Assembly: GCA_051532035.1 (NCBI GenBank)
Contig: JAOPTW010000027.1
Span: 125,906 to 189,905, forward strand
Length of the DNA: 64,000 nucleotides
Direction of reading: 5' to 3'
Origin: Fibrobacterales bacterium
GTDB taxonomy: Bacteria > Fibrobacterota > Fibrobacteria > Fibrobacterales > JAOPTW01
Shown here in pieces: positions 50,443 through 61,422 of the stretch (position 1 is the stretch's first letter; every line of letters begins with the position of its first letter). The position numbers and the translations under genes were made by a program. A model generated the notes under the pieces. It saw nothing but the letters and a program-made list of their open reading frames with translations. It was not told the DNA's origin and made no database searches.

Positions 50443-50877
50443 CTAAAAGTGGCACCCTCTCCCTTTCTTTTTAAATGCCTCTAGGTGCTCTACAACCACT
50501 TCGCGCTGCTCTTTACTCAAGCTATTTTGAAAAAGTACAAAGGCATCCCATATGGGTTGTCCCTCTTCTTTTATCTTCTGAGCATGGGTATCAATAAAAG
50601 GAATAAAAGAATCACTCGTCATGTTTTCATTAAGAAACATCTCTTTCAGTGCAGTATGATGCTTCTCTTTCTCTCTTTCGTGTAGCGAACGTTTTTCAAG
50701 CACTTGCACTTTAACATCTTCCAAAAGTGTTTGTTGCTCTTCAGTTAGCTCAAGCTCATCTGTTATCTCTTCAACTATCCAAGCAGCTTTCTCTTCTGGG
50801 CTTTTATGATGAAAACACCCTATGAACATAAAGAGCGATGCTACTCCAACTGCGATTACTGGTAAATGTCTTTTCAT
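50443..50877 (-). CDS. Spy/CpxP-family periplasmic chaperone (lipoprotein-like)
   Basis: LELTEEQ and LSKEQR LTxxQ motifs; divergent from an RR/HK pair. Confidence 0.75.
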   Translation of the reverse strand: MKRHLPVIAVGVASLFMFIGCFHHKSPEEKAAWIVEEITDELELTEEQQTLLEDVKVQVLEKRSLHEREKEKHHTALKEMFLNENMTSDSFIPFIDTHAQKIKEEGQPIWDAFVLFQNSLSKEQREVVVEHLEAFKKKGRGCHF

Positions 50878-50955
50878 TTGATCCTCCTCAGGATTGATTG
50901 TTTATCGTTATAGAGTAAACATATCATCATTTATCAGAATAGACCCTTCACCTAG

Positions 50956-50980
50956 GTCACAGAGTGTAACAGTTTGTAAC
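50956..50980. promoter_or_regulatory. CpxR-like direct-repeat box
   Basis: GTCAC-N5-GTAAC-N5-GTAAC between the divergent spy/cpxP-like and RR genes. Confidence 0.65.
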
Positions 50981-51030
50981 GGAATACTAAAAAGTGTTTC
51001 AGCACATTAAAAATGATATACATTTGGGAT

Positions 51031-51714
51031 ATGCCTATACAAAAACGACACATACTACTGATAGATGATGACACTAAACTAGCTGACCTCTTAACAGAAT
51101 ATCTCAGTCAATTTGAATGTGAAGTCGACTACTCCGAAACACCGCTGAATGGAATTTCAAAAATAAAACACGGTTCATACGATCTCGTCATACTCGATGT
51201 AATGATGCCCGAAATGAATGGCTTTGACGTCTGTAAAGAAGTCCGTAAATTTAGTGAAATCCCCATTATACTCCTCACTGCACGTGGAGAGGTTACCGAC
51301 CGTGTTCTGGGCCTTGAACTTGGTGCAGATGACTATCTCTCCAAACCATTTGAACCCCGAGAGCTTGTAGCTCGTATCGATACTATTCTTCGTCGATCTA
51401 AAAACAGCTCTAATTCCATTCTCTTTGGTGATTTCTCTATAGACACTCATAACCGTAAGCTCTTAAAAAACGGTGAAGAGATTGAGACCACTACACTCGA
51501 GTATGAGCTCACATTAATGTTTGCACAAAACCCCAACAAAAAGTTTAGTCGCGATGAAATTATGAACCACCTACAGGGGGCCGACACCGAAGTCTTTAGT
51601 CGCTCTGTAGATATTCTTGTCAGTCGCGTACGTTCCAAAATAGAAACAGATACCAAACAGCCCCGTTTTATAAAAACTATATGGGGCACCGGTTACATGT
51701 TTGCAGGGGTATAA
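51031..51714 (+). CDS. OmpR/CpxR-family response regulator
   Basis: LIDDD, LDVMMP, LTARG, GADDYLSKPFEPREL, RSVDILVSR. Confidence 0.95.
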   Translation: MPIQKRHILLIDDDTKLADLLTEYLSQFECEVDYSETPLNGISKIKHGSYDLVILDVMMPEMNGFDVCKEVRKFSEIPIILLTARGEVTDRVLGLELGADDYLSKPFEPRELVARIDTILRRSKNSSNSILFGDFSIDTHNRKLLKNGEEIETTTLEYELTLMFAQNPNKKFSRDEIMNHLQGADTEVFSRSVDILVSRVRSKIETDTKQPRFIKTIWGTGYMFAGV

Positions 51715-51716
51715 TA

Positions 51717-52943
51717 ATGATTTTACACTTTTTACAGTCTCTCTACTTTCGCCTTTTTATTATCCATTGTTTCACTCTGTTTTTAGTGGTTGTTACCGTA
51801 CTTGTCTCAGGTAACCTCACCAATATGCCCAAGCATAAAAAGATTTTTAAGAGCTATGTAAACCTCTTTACCAACTATGTTATTGATGATATTGGTACTC
51901 CACCTGATACTATTATCGCAGACTCCATCGCAACAATGCTGGCAGTTGATCTCCTTATAGAGGGGCCTGAATACCGGTGGGAGTCTAGTCCTAATGCAAT
52001 AGAACATGCCGACCACACGCACCTTATCAAAAAGAATGGCTACACCTTTACCATTACTAAAAGGGACCCTTTTAAAGAAAACACGTTAATGCACCTCTAT
52101 CTGATTATTGGCCTCATACTCGTAATTTTCATCAATTACCTCATGATTAATAGTCAATTTACCCCAATCAAGAAAATGAGAGAAGGAGTAAAAGAGGTCG
52201 CCAAGGGCAATTATGGCGTACAGGTCTCTACCTGTGGCCCCAAAGAGACTCAGCAACTCGGCGAAGCATTTAATGATATGTCTAAAAAAATTGAAAAACA
52301 TATATCCGAGCTACGCACTCTCCTTCGTGCCATCAGCCATGAGCTTCGGTCTCCTCTAGGTAGAATGAAGCTCGCTTTAGAGTTTGTCTCTGACAAAAGA
52401 ATTAAAGATTCACTCTCAGAAGAGATCACTCAACTCGACACTATAACAGCATCTCTCCTAGAACAAGAAAAGTTAAAAAGTGGCCTCATAGAACTCGAAA
52501 AGTGTGATTGCGACATTAATAATCTTCTCAGTCAGGTGGTGCAACCCTACTCCCTTGAGCACACCGCTATACACCTCACTCTACCCGAAGTACCCATTGT
52601 TGTAAAAGCAGACTGTCCTCGGCTTGCTATAGTATTCAGAAATTTTACTGAAAATGCTATTAAATATGGGGCAAACAGCCCAATCACTATTTCAGCATCT
52701 CAAGTTGACAGTTCCGCTCTTATTACGATACAAGATCATGGCATTGGTATTGCTCCAGAAGACATTCCCAGACTCGGAGAGCCATTTTTTAGACCCGATA
52801 ACTCAAGAACTCGTTCAACAGGCGGGTTTGGACTGGGATTAAGTATCGCAAAAACAATTATCACTGCACACAATGGCACTTTAGTAATTTCAAGTAAAAT
52901 TGATGAAGGATCAACCTTTACCGTGACACTTCCTATTTGTTAA
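51717..52943 (+). CDS. HAMP sensor histidine kinase (CpxA-like)
   Basis: Two TMs, HAMP, SHELRSPL, ENAIKY, DHGIGI, GGFGLGLSI. Confidence 0.93.
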   Translation: MILHFLQSLYFRLFIIHCFTLFLVVVTVLVSGNLTNMPKHKKIFKSYVNLFTNYVIDDIGTPPDTIIADSIATMLAVDLLIEGPEYRWESSPNAIEHADHTHLIKKNGYTFTITKRDPFKENTLMHLYLIIGLILVIFINYLMINSQFTPIKKMREGVKEVAKGNYGVQVSTCGPKETQQLGEAFNDMSKKIEKHISELRTLLRAISHELRSPLGRMKLALEFVSDKRIKDSLSEEITQLDTITASLLEQEKLKSGLIELEKCDCDINNLLSQVVQPYSLEHTAIHLTLPEVPIVVKADCPRLAIVFRNFTENAIKYGANSPITISASQVDSSALITIQDHGIGIAPEDIPRLGEPFFRPDNSRTRSTGGFGLGLSIAKTIITAHNGTLVISSKIDEGSTFTVTLPIC

Positions 52944-53017
52944 CTGAGCAAAATTATATATATTGACTCCGGGACACATGCGTAGTACTATCGGCACTAC
53001 ATGAAGAAAGGAATATC

Positions 53018-53632
53018 ATGAAAATTTCTCTATTTTCTATTGGGATTATAGCATTTACACTTATCGGCTGTCTGGGTGAAGATACAATCACACCTTCAGA
53101 TTCATCCAACGATACTATCAGCTCTATGGAAGAGTCAAGTACCGAGACAAATGAAGGATCAAGCGTACAGACCAATGATGCATCAAGCCAAGAGTCAAGT
53201 GAAGAATTAAGCAGCGAATCTAACGACAATTCAAGTCAACTCTCAAGTGAAGAGAGTAGTAACGAATCAAGTAACGAGATTCTCTCTTCTAGTCAATCAT
53301 CTGGCGGGGCTATTTCCCTCGGAGACATCGTTGGCAAGTGGTTTTTCTCTAAAGTTATTGGTGGTGGCCCTAATGACTTTTTAGTTGAAATTATGGATGA
53401 TGCATCCGTTACGTTTAGCCTTACCCTCCTTGGAACTGTAAAAAACAGTGCGGAGGGCACTATTGAGATCAAAGATGACTTGATACTCCTCAATTGGGAC
53501 GAATGCAAAGCTAAAAAGGACGTAGTTGAATGTAGTGATGATTCAGCATCTAAGATTCCAAACACCCTTGGCTTTGATGGCTCTGCTATTTATGATGCAG
53601 ACATTACCGATTACATCTACGAAATAAAGTAA
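53018..53632 (+). CDS. lipoprotein with Ser/Glu-rich linker
   Basis: Lipobox LIGC, Ser-rich tract, IVGKW lipocalin-like start of the C-terminal domain. Confidence 0.65.
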   Translation: MKISLFSIGIIAFTLIGCLGEDTITPSDSSNDTISSMEESSTETNEGSSVQTNDASSQESSEELSSESNDNSSQLSSEESSNESSNEILSSSQSSGGAISLGDIVGKWFFSKVIGGGPNDFLVEIMDDASVTFSLTLLGTVKNSAEGTIEIKDDLILLNWDECKAKKDVVECSDDSASKIPNTLGFDGSAIYDADITDYIYEIK

Positions 53633-53658
53633 CCAAATAACATGACCAACCTGCCTCT

Positions 53659-54387
53659 CTACTGGGGCAGGTTTTCTGAAATGAGGCCCAAATGAGGCTC
53701 ATGGTGTTCATCATAAACCTCAAAATGCACTCTATTACCTATTTTATCGATCACTTTTGTTGAGGCAATTACTTCACTATAGGTTTTATAACAGCCCAAC
53801 GCCTTTTTAAAGGCAATGATATCTAATTCATCCAAATGAACGGTCACATCAATTTCTTCTTCCAGAGAAGGGCGAACTCCCTCTCGGTGTTCAGCCCCAA
53901 GCTGTCCTTTGCCAAGAGTATAAAAGCAGAGCCGTTTAAGATACTCATAACCCTCTTTTTTGCGTAATGCACAAAAGACTCTCTTTATTATACCGTGGCC
54001 AGTAATGTGATCATAATGCCCGCTAATACCATGTATAGGATAGGTCACAATAATATTGGGCTTTATCCGTTCAATTTCTTCAATTATTACCTTTTCGAGA
54101 ATAAGCGGGTTCATGTCTTTTAATCCCCCGTCGGCATAATCGAGAATAGTCATCCCATCAAGACTCAGCACCTTTTCCACATCAAGCATCTCTCGAAAAC
54201 GTACTTCGCCCATCTCTTCAATGGTATAATTGAGGGTATGTCGTTGTGTTGTCGCACCACCACGGGTTAAAGTAAGTAAATACACCTCTTCACCTAACGA
54301 TTTTTGCCTATGAATCACCGGAGCGGGCCCAAAAGACTCATCATCTGGGTGCGGAAAAATATAGAGGGTTTTAATAGATTCTGACAT
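53659..54387 (-). CDS. PIG-L family deacetylase
   Basis: FPHPDDESFG, LTRG, DGGL, SGHYDH. Confidence 0.9.
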   Translation of the reverse strand: MSESIKTLYIFPHPDDESFGPAPVIHRQKSLGEEVYLLTLTRGGATTQRHTLNYTIEEMGEVRFREMLDVEKVLSLDGMTILDYADGGLKDMNPLILEKVIIEEIERIKPNIIVTYPIHGISGHYDHITGHGIIKRVFCALRKKEGYEYLKRLCFYTLGKGQLGAEHREGVRPSLEEEIDVTVHLDELDIIAFKKALGCYKTYSEVIASTKVIDKIGNRVHFEVYDEHHEPHLGLISENLPQ

Positions 54388-54471
54388 ACCGTTAGCTCTT
54401 AAAAACATCACACAATGAGAGTATATTGTTTTTATGGTACTTGGTCAATAGAGTTACCTAACTCGTACCCT

Positions 54472-55161
54472 CTATTTGGGTGTAATGAGAAGTTTCCACA
54501 GGTCTTGACCACTCTCTCCGTATTTTTTTTCAAATGCTGTGAGGCACTCAACCTCGGGGCTCAGTTGCTCAATAATTCCTGTATTTAATTTTGCAACAGC
54601 ATACGCCCTATTAAACTCTTCAAGGTAGAGCTTCCAATTACTTCTGAGCTCTATAGTATTACAAACATTACAGAGTATTGGAAAAATTGGATGGCCTTGC
54701 CACCTCTTTTTAAAGGAGCTTTGCTTTGGCCAAGGATTAGGGTAGAGAATAAAGTGTTTTTCTATCGCAACATTTGCCTCAACAAGCAAACGCCAAAAAT
54801 CGATAACATCTGCTCGCTCTATAATAACATTATCTAAAGTACTACCCGAAGCGCGTGCCACATTCACCGCATACCAATCACTTTTTAAAATACGATCTTG
54901 AGACTTATCAATACCAATTACAATACTATCAGAATGAACCGCCCCTAACTTAAAGCTACTCATCCCTACTCCACATGCCGAGTCTAATATAATCGGACGT
55001 TCTCCAAGTTCTTTTGCCTGTTCAAGCACTCGCTCAAATGCTCTTTTGGTATGATCTTGAATAGGACGTTTATATTCAGTAGTCATATGCTTAACGACAA
55101 TTGTATCCAAGTCTTTGTGAATACCGTCTTGGGGGCTATCTACCCTTCTACTCTCACTCAC
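54472..55161 (-). CDS. TrmB-like SAM-dependent methyltransferase
   Basis: LDSACGVG, GIDKS, LYPNPWPK, LRSNW, TAFEKKY. Confidence 0.8.
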   Translation of the reverse strand: MSESRRVDSPQDGIHKDLDTIVVKHMTTEYKRPIQDHTKRAFERVLEQAKELGERPIILDSACGVGMSSFKLGAVHSDSIVIGIDKSQDRILKSDWYAVNVARASGSTLDNVIIERADVIDFWRLLVEANVAIEKHFILYPNPWPKQSSFKKRWQGHPIFPILCNVCNTIELRSNWKLYLEEFNRAYAVAKLNTGIIEQLSPEVECLTAFEKKYGESGQDLWKLLITPK

Positions 55162-55523
55162 CGTTTTTCCTTTTTCTTTTTCGAAGGGACCATCATATCC
55201 ATAACTTTTTGGCCAATGGAGAAATTATCTCCTCTATCGTTATCTATTATGGTCTCTCCACCTTTTTTATATCCATACAACCACTCAACAGTATCATTTC
55301 CCACGTAAAGTGAATGCACAACACCCGTTGGTATAACCACTTCTTCATTCTGTAACAACTCTCTCTTTACCCCATCAACAATAAGAACGAGTGTACCTGT
55401 GACAAGTATCACTATTTTCTCTTCTTCACAAAGATTTACATACTCATTAAGTGGGGTGTCAATCCATTGGTTACAGCTATACCCTCTTCGTTTCCAATCG
55501 CCTTTAACCTGGTTTTTATCCAT
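55158..55523 (-). CDS. cupin domain protein
   Basis: W.D.P, LV.G, EVVIPTGVVHS, WLYGY. Confidence 0.7.
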   Translation of the reverse strand: MDKNQVKGDWKRRGYSCNQWIDTPLNEYVNLCEEEKIVILVTGTLVLIVDGVKRELLQNEEVVIPTGVVHSLYVGNDTVEWLYGYKKGGETIIDNDRGDNFSIGQKVMDMMVPSKKKKEKR

Positions 55524-55528
55524 AGCAA

Positions 55529-56077
55529 TTAAAGAGATATGCCAAATCGATACCATAATAGGGACCCAATAGCCACTCCATTTTGATACTCTGTAAGAAG
55601 AAACTCTTTTACCTTAGATTTTTCAACTAAAACCACTTCGATCTCTTCACCACACTCAAGTGACTGATTAGGGTTTTGGTTTTCTAAAAGTGACTCATCA
55701 ACTTCGATTGTAACAACCTGCATCAATGAATCGGTCATTGCCGGATACGAGGCTAGCGGTGGGCTCACATCTATTACTTTACCACGATACCCTGTCTCTT
55801 CTTTAAGCTCTCGAATAGCATCTTCTTCAATTGAACAGTCTTCACACATACCTGCCGGAAGTGATGTTACCCACCCGTTAATACCTTGTCTAAACTGCTT
55901 CAGAAGTACCAACCGATCACTTTGTTTTAGAGTTGCAAAAATCACGACTGATTTATTCGAATCCGTCCGTTCAAAACGCTCCCAAGTGTGCACTTTACCA
56001 CGATCATCTTCAAATGTGGCCTCGAGTACTTTGATTCGCTTGCCCTGAAAGAGCTCTTTTTCACCTAGTTTTTTCAT
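55529..56077 (-). CDS. NUDIX hydrolase (ADP-ribose pyrophosphatase-like)
   Basis: QFR, LPAG, AIRELKEETGY Nudix box. Confidence 0.9.
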   Translation of the reverse strand: MKKLGEKELFQGKRIKVLEATFEDDRGKVHTWERFERTDSNKSVVIFATLKQSDRLVLLKQFRQGINGWVTSLPAGMCEDCSIEEDAIRELKEETGYRGKVIDVSPPLASYPAMTDSLMQVVTIEVDESLLENQNPNQSLECGEEIEVVLVEKSKVKEFLLTEYQNGVAIGSLLWYRFGISL

Positions 56078-56096
56078 AGAGTTAAATATAGTAAAG

Positions 56097-56128
56097 AAAA
56101 GCTCCTCACTTTTTTAGTGTAAGGAGCT
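56097..56128 (-). terminator. intrinsic terminator
   Basis: agctcct-cact...agtg-ta-aggagct hairpin with an A-run on its left, downstream of the 56163-57257 gene. Confidence 0.6.
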
Positions 56129-56162
56129 CATCTACGTTTAATACACAGTATTCTAAATTCTG

Positions 56163-57257
56163 TTAATACACAAAGTTTCCGTAGAGACCTATTTTTTGGC
56201 CATCAAAGCTCGGTTCATTTGAGTCTACATGTTCCCATTTAAGTGCATATCCAAGGTTTTTGGTCTGCTTATATTCTACACCAAAACTATAGGCCTTTGC
56301 ATATATACCATTTTTTGGCATAGGCAGAGGGCTTCCAATTGCAGTTAAAGTGCTATTTACATCTTTCAAATGCTGTACCCAAGTCATATCCATATCAACA
56401 TATCGGCCAAAAAATTCAAATGTTTCATTCACCGGAATCGCCAGATTAACCTCAAAAACTTTTACTACATCATACAATTCACTGTTTTGCATATATGAAT
56501 ACATCAATCCAAGTTTAGCCCAAGGCGTTCCAATACATCCAAAAGGCGACACAAGTATTTGCGGTTTTCTTTCTATTTGAGTTGCATGGCCCAGCTGATC
56601 TACCCCCGGTATCCCCATAAATAGTGAATCGTTACCATTAAACGGCCGAATACTTGTATAAAGATTTACCGCCCAAAATGCCCCTCGATACTCAGTGTTA
56701 AGGGCATACACAAAATCTTGCTTCTTGGTATCAATTCCCTGACGGTTATTTCCACTTAACGCTCCACCATGCATAAAAAATTCGTCAGTGAATTGATATT
56801 TCATGGTAACTCCCACATCAAGGTCTCCTGTACCGTCTCTTGTACCCGTTAAACTTGTAGGATACTCTTTAGCATGTGCCTTAAAGTAAAATAGAAGACG
56901 GGTAAACCAAGTAAGAGATGGCTGGAGTCCCACATACAGCTTGGCCTTGTCTAATGGCTCGGAAGTGATGTATGCACTATTCATTGTTGCTTTATTTGAA
57001 CCCTCTTTATCTTTATCTACTCGAAAAGAGACTTCGGCTTTGACTCCATTATCAAACACCTTTCTATACCCTAGAACCGCAACAAATATCTCCATATCTG
57101 TTTCACTGCTTCTAGTGTCATACTCAAAGTTTGGCCAAAGTAAAATAATTGGCTTATCTTTTGGCTCTTTTGCCTCACTTGCTTCCATCGGCGTTTTCTC
57201 TGCTTCCGCATATATGGATCCACAGAGTAGTACACTCATCAATAACATTTTTGTCAT
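56163..57257 (-). CDS. porin-like outer-membrane beta-barrel protein
   Basis: Signal peptide, amphipathic strands, C-terminal LYGNFVY, AAGGAG RBS. Confidence 0.6.
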   Translation of the reverse strand: MTKMLLMSVLLCGSIYAEAEKTPMEASEAKEPKDKPIILLWPNFEYDTRSSETDMEIFVAVLGYRKVFDNGVKAEVSFRVDKDKEGSNKATMNSAYITSEPLDKAKLYVGLQPSLTWFTRLLFYFKAHAKEYPTSLTGTRDGTGDLDVGVTMKYQFTDEFFMHGGALSGNNRQGIDTKKQDFVYALNTEYRGAFWAVNLYTSIRPFNGNDSLFMGIPGVDQLGHATQIERKPQILVSPFGCIGTPWAKLGLMYSYMQNSELYDVVKVFEVNLAIPVNETFEFFGRYVDMDMTWVQHLKDVNSTLTAIGSPLPMPKNGIYAKAYSFGVEYKQTKNLGYALKWEHVDSNEPSFDGQKIGLYGNFVY

Positions 57258-57586
57258 ATTGTTCTCCTTCTGGTGAGTATACTACTTAAAACATCTATTT
57301 AACCATTCTTTTAGCACTTAATTTGTGGCCAATTAGATGTTTTTTCCCATTATCTAATCAACCCTGATAAATGGTAATCACATTAACATTTATACTCCTT
57401 CATAACTACCTCTATTGCACACACCATATATTCTCCAATTGCCAACACAAAAATATTTTATAACTTTGTAGACAATTATTCAATGCCTGCACTTAAAATC
57501 AGATACTAGAATCTAATTTCTGATACTTCATTCCACTATTTTGTATAGATTAAATTGAGCAGGCCAAACATCAAACGAGGGACCCA

Positions 57587-58780
57587 ATGTTTCAATTCCG
57601 CACTGTAAAAATATTGCTATGGCTTTCTTTTCTCGGTTTTATTGCATGCACCAATGACCAACCAATAGATGATGATATTACTTTTGCATCATCAGACCAA
57701 TACCTCAGTAGTGAGTTTAACTCTTCACAAGATAGAGGTGTTAGCAGCTCTACCAAACACCTAACGATATCCCTCTCCAGTCTTAGCTCTTTCAATCAGA
57801 CCCTCAGTTCAGATTCTCCTGTGAGCCCTACCCCCTCTAGTCAAAGTTTTTCATCAAACGGGCATTCTTCTACATCCTTAGTTAATAGTAGTAGCAGCAA
57901 AGCAACGTACCCCGTTGTTGACCCAAGTAAAGACAAGTTAGCGAATATTATAAAAAAGTGTGAATCCCCAATAACAAAACTAACTGATGGACAACCTGGA
58001 TGGAATTCCCGCTATTGGGACTGCTGTAAACCCCATTGTTCTGTTCCTCAAAATACTGATAACCTCACAAAAAACTGCTCAATTGACGACATAGAGACTC
58101 CATGCTTTAAAGAAGTTGGTAACGAATTTTGGACAGGAATTGAAACAATTAAAACTGGCTGCGCTGAGGGTGGTGAAACATTTGCCTGTTATAGCCACGC
58201 CCCTTTTGCCGTTTGTGAAGACCTCGCCTATGGTTTTGCTGCTGTCCCCGGTATCCATGATGATATGTGTGGTTCTTGTTTTCAGCTCGATTACGACGGA
58301 GGTTTTCAACACGGAGAACCCAAAGAGGCCCATACCTTGATGAAAGGTAAATCCATGATTGTCATGGCATCAAATATTGGCCACGATGTTGCCGGTGGTC
58401 AGTTTGATATAATGATCCCTGGGGGCGGGCTTGGTGCTTTTGATGCAGGATGTGCAGTACAATGGAATGTAGATCCAAATGATGAGCAACTTGTAGGTAA
58501 AAAGTTTGGTGGCTTTATGACAACCTGTCGTGAAGCCCTTGGAAATGAAGAACCAGCTGACACTTATAAAGATTGCGTCAGAAATATGTGCGACAACCTT
58601 TTTGGATTTGATCCAAAAATGAAAGACCTATGGGAGGGCTGCATTTGGTATGTTGATTGGATGCACGCCGTTGACAACCCCACATTTACCTATAAACAAG
58701 TAGAATGTCCTCAAGTACTGTTAGATATGTATGGATCTGAGTTTCACGAAGATTATACAATGGATGACCTCTATAACTAG
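57587..58780 (+). CDS. GH45 endoglucanase lipoprotein
   Basis: Lipobox FIAC, Ser-rich linker, SRYWDCCKPHC, YGFAA, CGSCFQL, QFDIMIPGGG.G.F, GC.W. Confidence 0.92.
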   Translation: MFQFRTVKILLWLSFLGFIACTNDQPIDDDITFASSDQYLSSEFNSSQDRGVSSSTKHLTISLSSLSSFNQTLSSDSPVSPTPSSQSFSSNGHSSTSLVNSSSSKATYPVVDPSKDKLANIIKKCESPITKLTDGQPGWNSRYWDCCKPHCSVPQNTDNLTKNCSIDDIETPCFKEVGNEFWTGIETIKTGCAEGGETFACYSHAPFAVCEDLAYGFAAVPGIHDDMCGSCFQLDYDGGFQHGEPKEAHTLMKGKSMIVMASNIGHDVAGGQFDIMIPGGGLGAFDAGCAVQWNVDPNDEQLVGKKFGGFMTTCREALGNEEPADTYKDCVRNMCDNLFGFDPKMKDLWEGCIWYVDWMHAVDNPTFTYKQVECPQVLLDMYGSEFHEDYTMDDLYN

Positions 58781-58815
58781 AAAGATCCGATGAGATATAC
58801 CTTAAATTTTTGCAC

Positions 58816-58844
58816 AAAAAAAGCCCTACAGAGTAGGGCTTTTT
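58816..58844. terminator. bidirectional terminator between the GH45 gene and the atp operon
   Basis: aaaaaaagccctac-aga-gtagggcttttt. Confidence 0.88.
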
Positions 58845-58862
58845 AAATTATTTAAAATTCAC

Positions 58863-59114
58863 TTAGTCGAGTGTAGCATTATCAGTTAAGATACTCACAA
58901 GATTATCTTTCACTTCGAGAAAACCATTTTCGATAGCTATCGTAGACATTTTACTGTTGATTTTGTATGACACAGAACCAGTAGTAAGACTCGCCAAAAT
59001 AGGTGCGTGATCTTTTAAGATTCCAAGAAGACCATCTGTAGCCGGTACGACAACAGAGTCAATCTCACCTTCGAAGGCAATTGCACTCGGTGTAAGAATC
59101 TTGAGAGTTAACAT
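58863..59114 (-). CDS. atpC: ATP synthase epsilon subunit (short form)
   Basis: LKILTP, G.LGIL.DHAP, GFLEV. Confidence 0.92.
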   Translation of the reverse strand: MLTLKILTPSAIAFEGEIDSVVVPATDGLLGILKDHAPILASLTTGSVSYKINSKMSTIAIENGFLEVKDNLVSILTDNATLD

Positions 59115-60527
<1,413 letters not shown>

Positions 60528-60543
60528 TTATACTCCTGGGACG

Positions 60544-61416
60544 CTAGCCGTTTTGAGACTCTGCACCTGCTACAATTTCTGTAAGCTCGGTAGTAATCGC
60601 AGCTTGTCTTGCGCGGTTCATTATTAGGGTTAAATTTTTAATTAAATCACTCGAGTTGTTTGTTGCATTTTCCATAGCAGTCATTCGCGCACCATGTTCA
60701 CCAGCTGCATTTTCTAGTAGTGAACGATAAAACTGTGCCGCAACATGCTTAGGCAATAAGCTCTTTACAAGATCTTGAGCATTTGGCTCATATATATAAT
60801 CAGTTTCAATATAAGATTTATCACTCATATCCTCTTCAAACACAACTGGTAATACTTTTTTCATTGTTGGTGTTTGAACCAAAACTGATTCAAATTCATT
60901 ATTTATCAGATAAGCTTCATCAAACTTACCAGCGATAAAATCTTCCGTTGCCTCTTTCGCGACTTCATTTATATTAAGAAAATTTGGATTACGTGTTATC
61001 TCTTCATAATTTTTCTCAAAAGCGTATTGCTCTTTCTTTGAGAAAAAGTCAAATACTCTTTTACCAAGAGTATACACTTCATACTCAACACTTGAATCTC
61101 GCGTATCAATAACATTGGCTGCATACTTAATCATGCCATTATTAAAACTACCGCACAATCCTTTATCAGATGAGTATACATAATATCTGATTTTCTTAAC
61201 GGGTCGCTCTTTCATGAGTTCAAAATCTACAACTTCTGAACTATTAGAAACAATACTAAGAAGTTTTTTCAATTTATCGCTATATGGCTTGTTATCGCGA
61301 ATCGCATCCTGAGATTTTTTAAGCTTAGAACTAGCAACTAACTTCATTGCCGAAGTAATTTTGTTAGTATTCTTTAAGCTTGTTATTCTAAGCCGTAGCT
61401 GTTTAATGGATGCCAT
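60544..61416 (-). CDS. atpG: ATP synthase gamma subunit
   Basis: KITSAMKLV, DKGLCG, ARMTAM, RQAAITTELTEI. Confidence 0.98.
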   Translation of the reverse strand: MASIKQLRLRITSLKNTNKITSAMKLVASSKLKKSQDAIRDNKPYSDKLKKLLSIVSNSSEVVDFELMKERPVKKIRYYVYSSDKGLCGSFNNGMIKYAANVIDTRDSSVEYEVYTLGKRVFDFFSKKEQYAFEKNYEEITRNPNFLNINEVAKEATEDFIAGKFDEAYLINNEFESVLVQTPTMKKVLPVVFEEDMSDKSYIETDYIYEPNAQDLVKSLLPKHVAAQFYRSLLENAAGEHGARMTAMENATNNSSDLIKNLTLIMNRARQAAITTELTEIVAGAESQNG

Positions 61417-61422
61417 TATTGA

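Noticed and set aside
52954..53565. Two minus-strand Ser/Leu-rich ORFs
   Set aside because: Antisense shadows of the Ser-rich lipoprotein at 53018-53632
57258..57586. Weak inverted repeats between the porin-like and GH45 genes
   Set aside because: Short AT-rich arms, not distinguishable from chance
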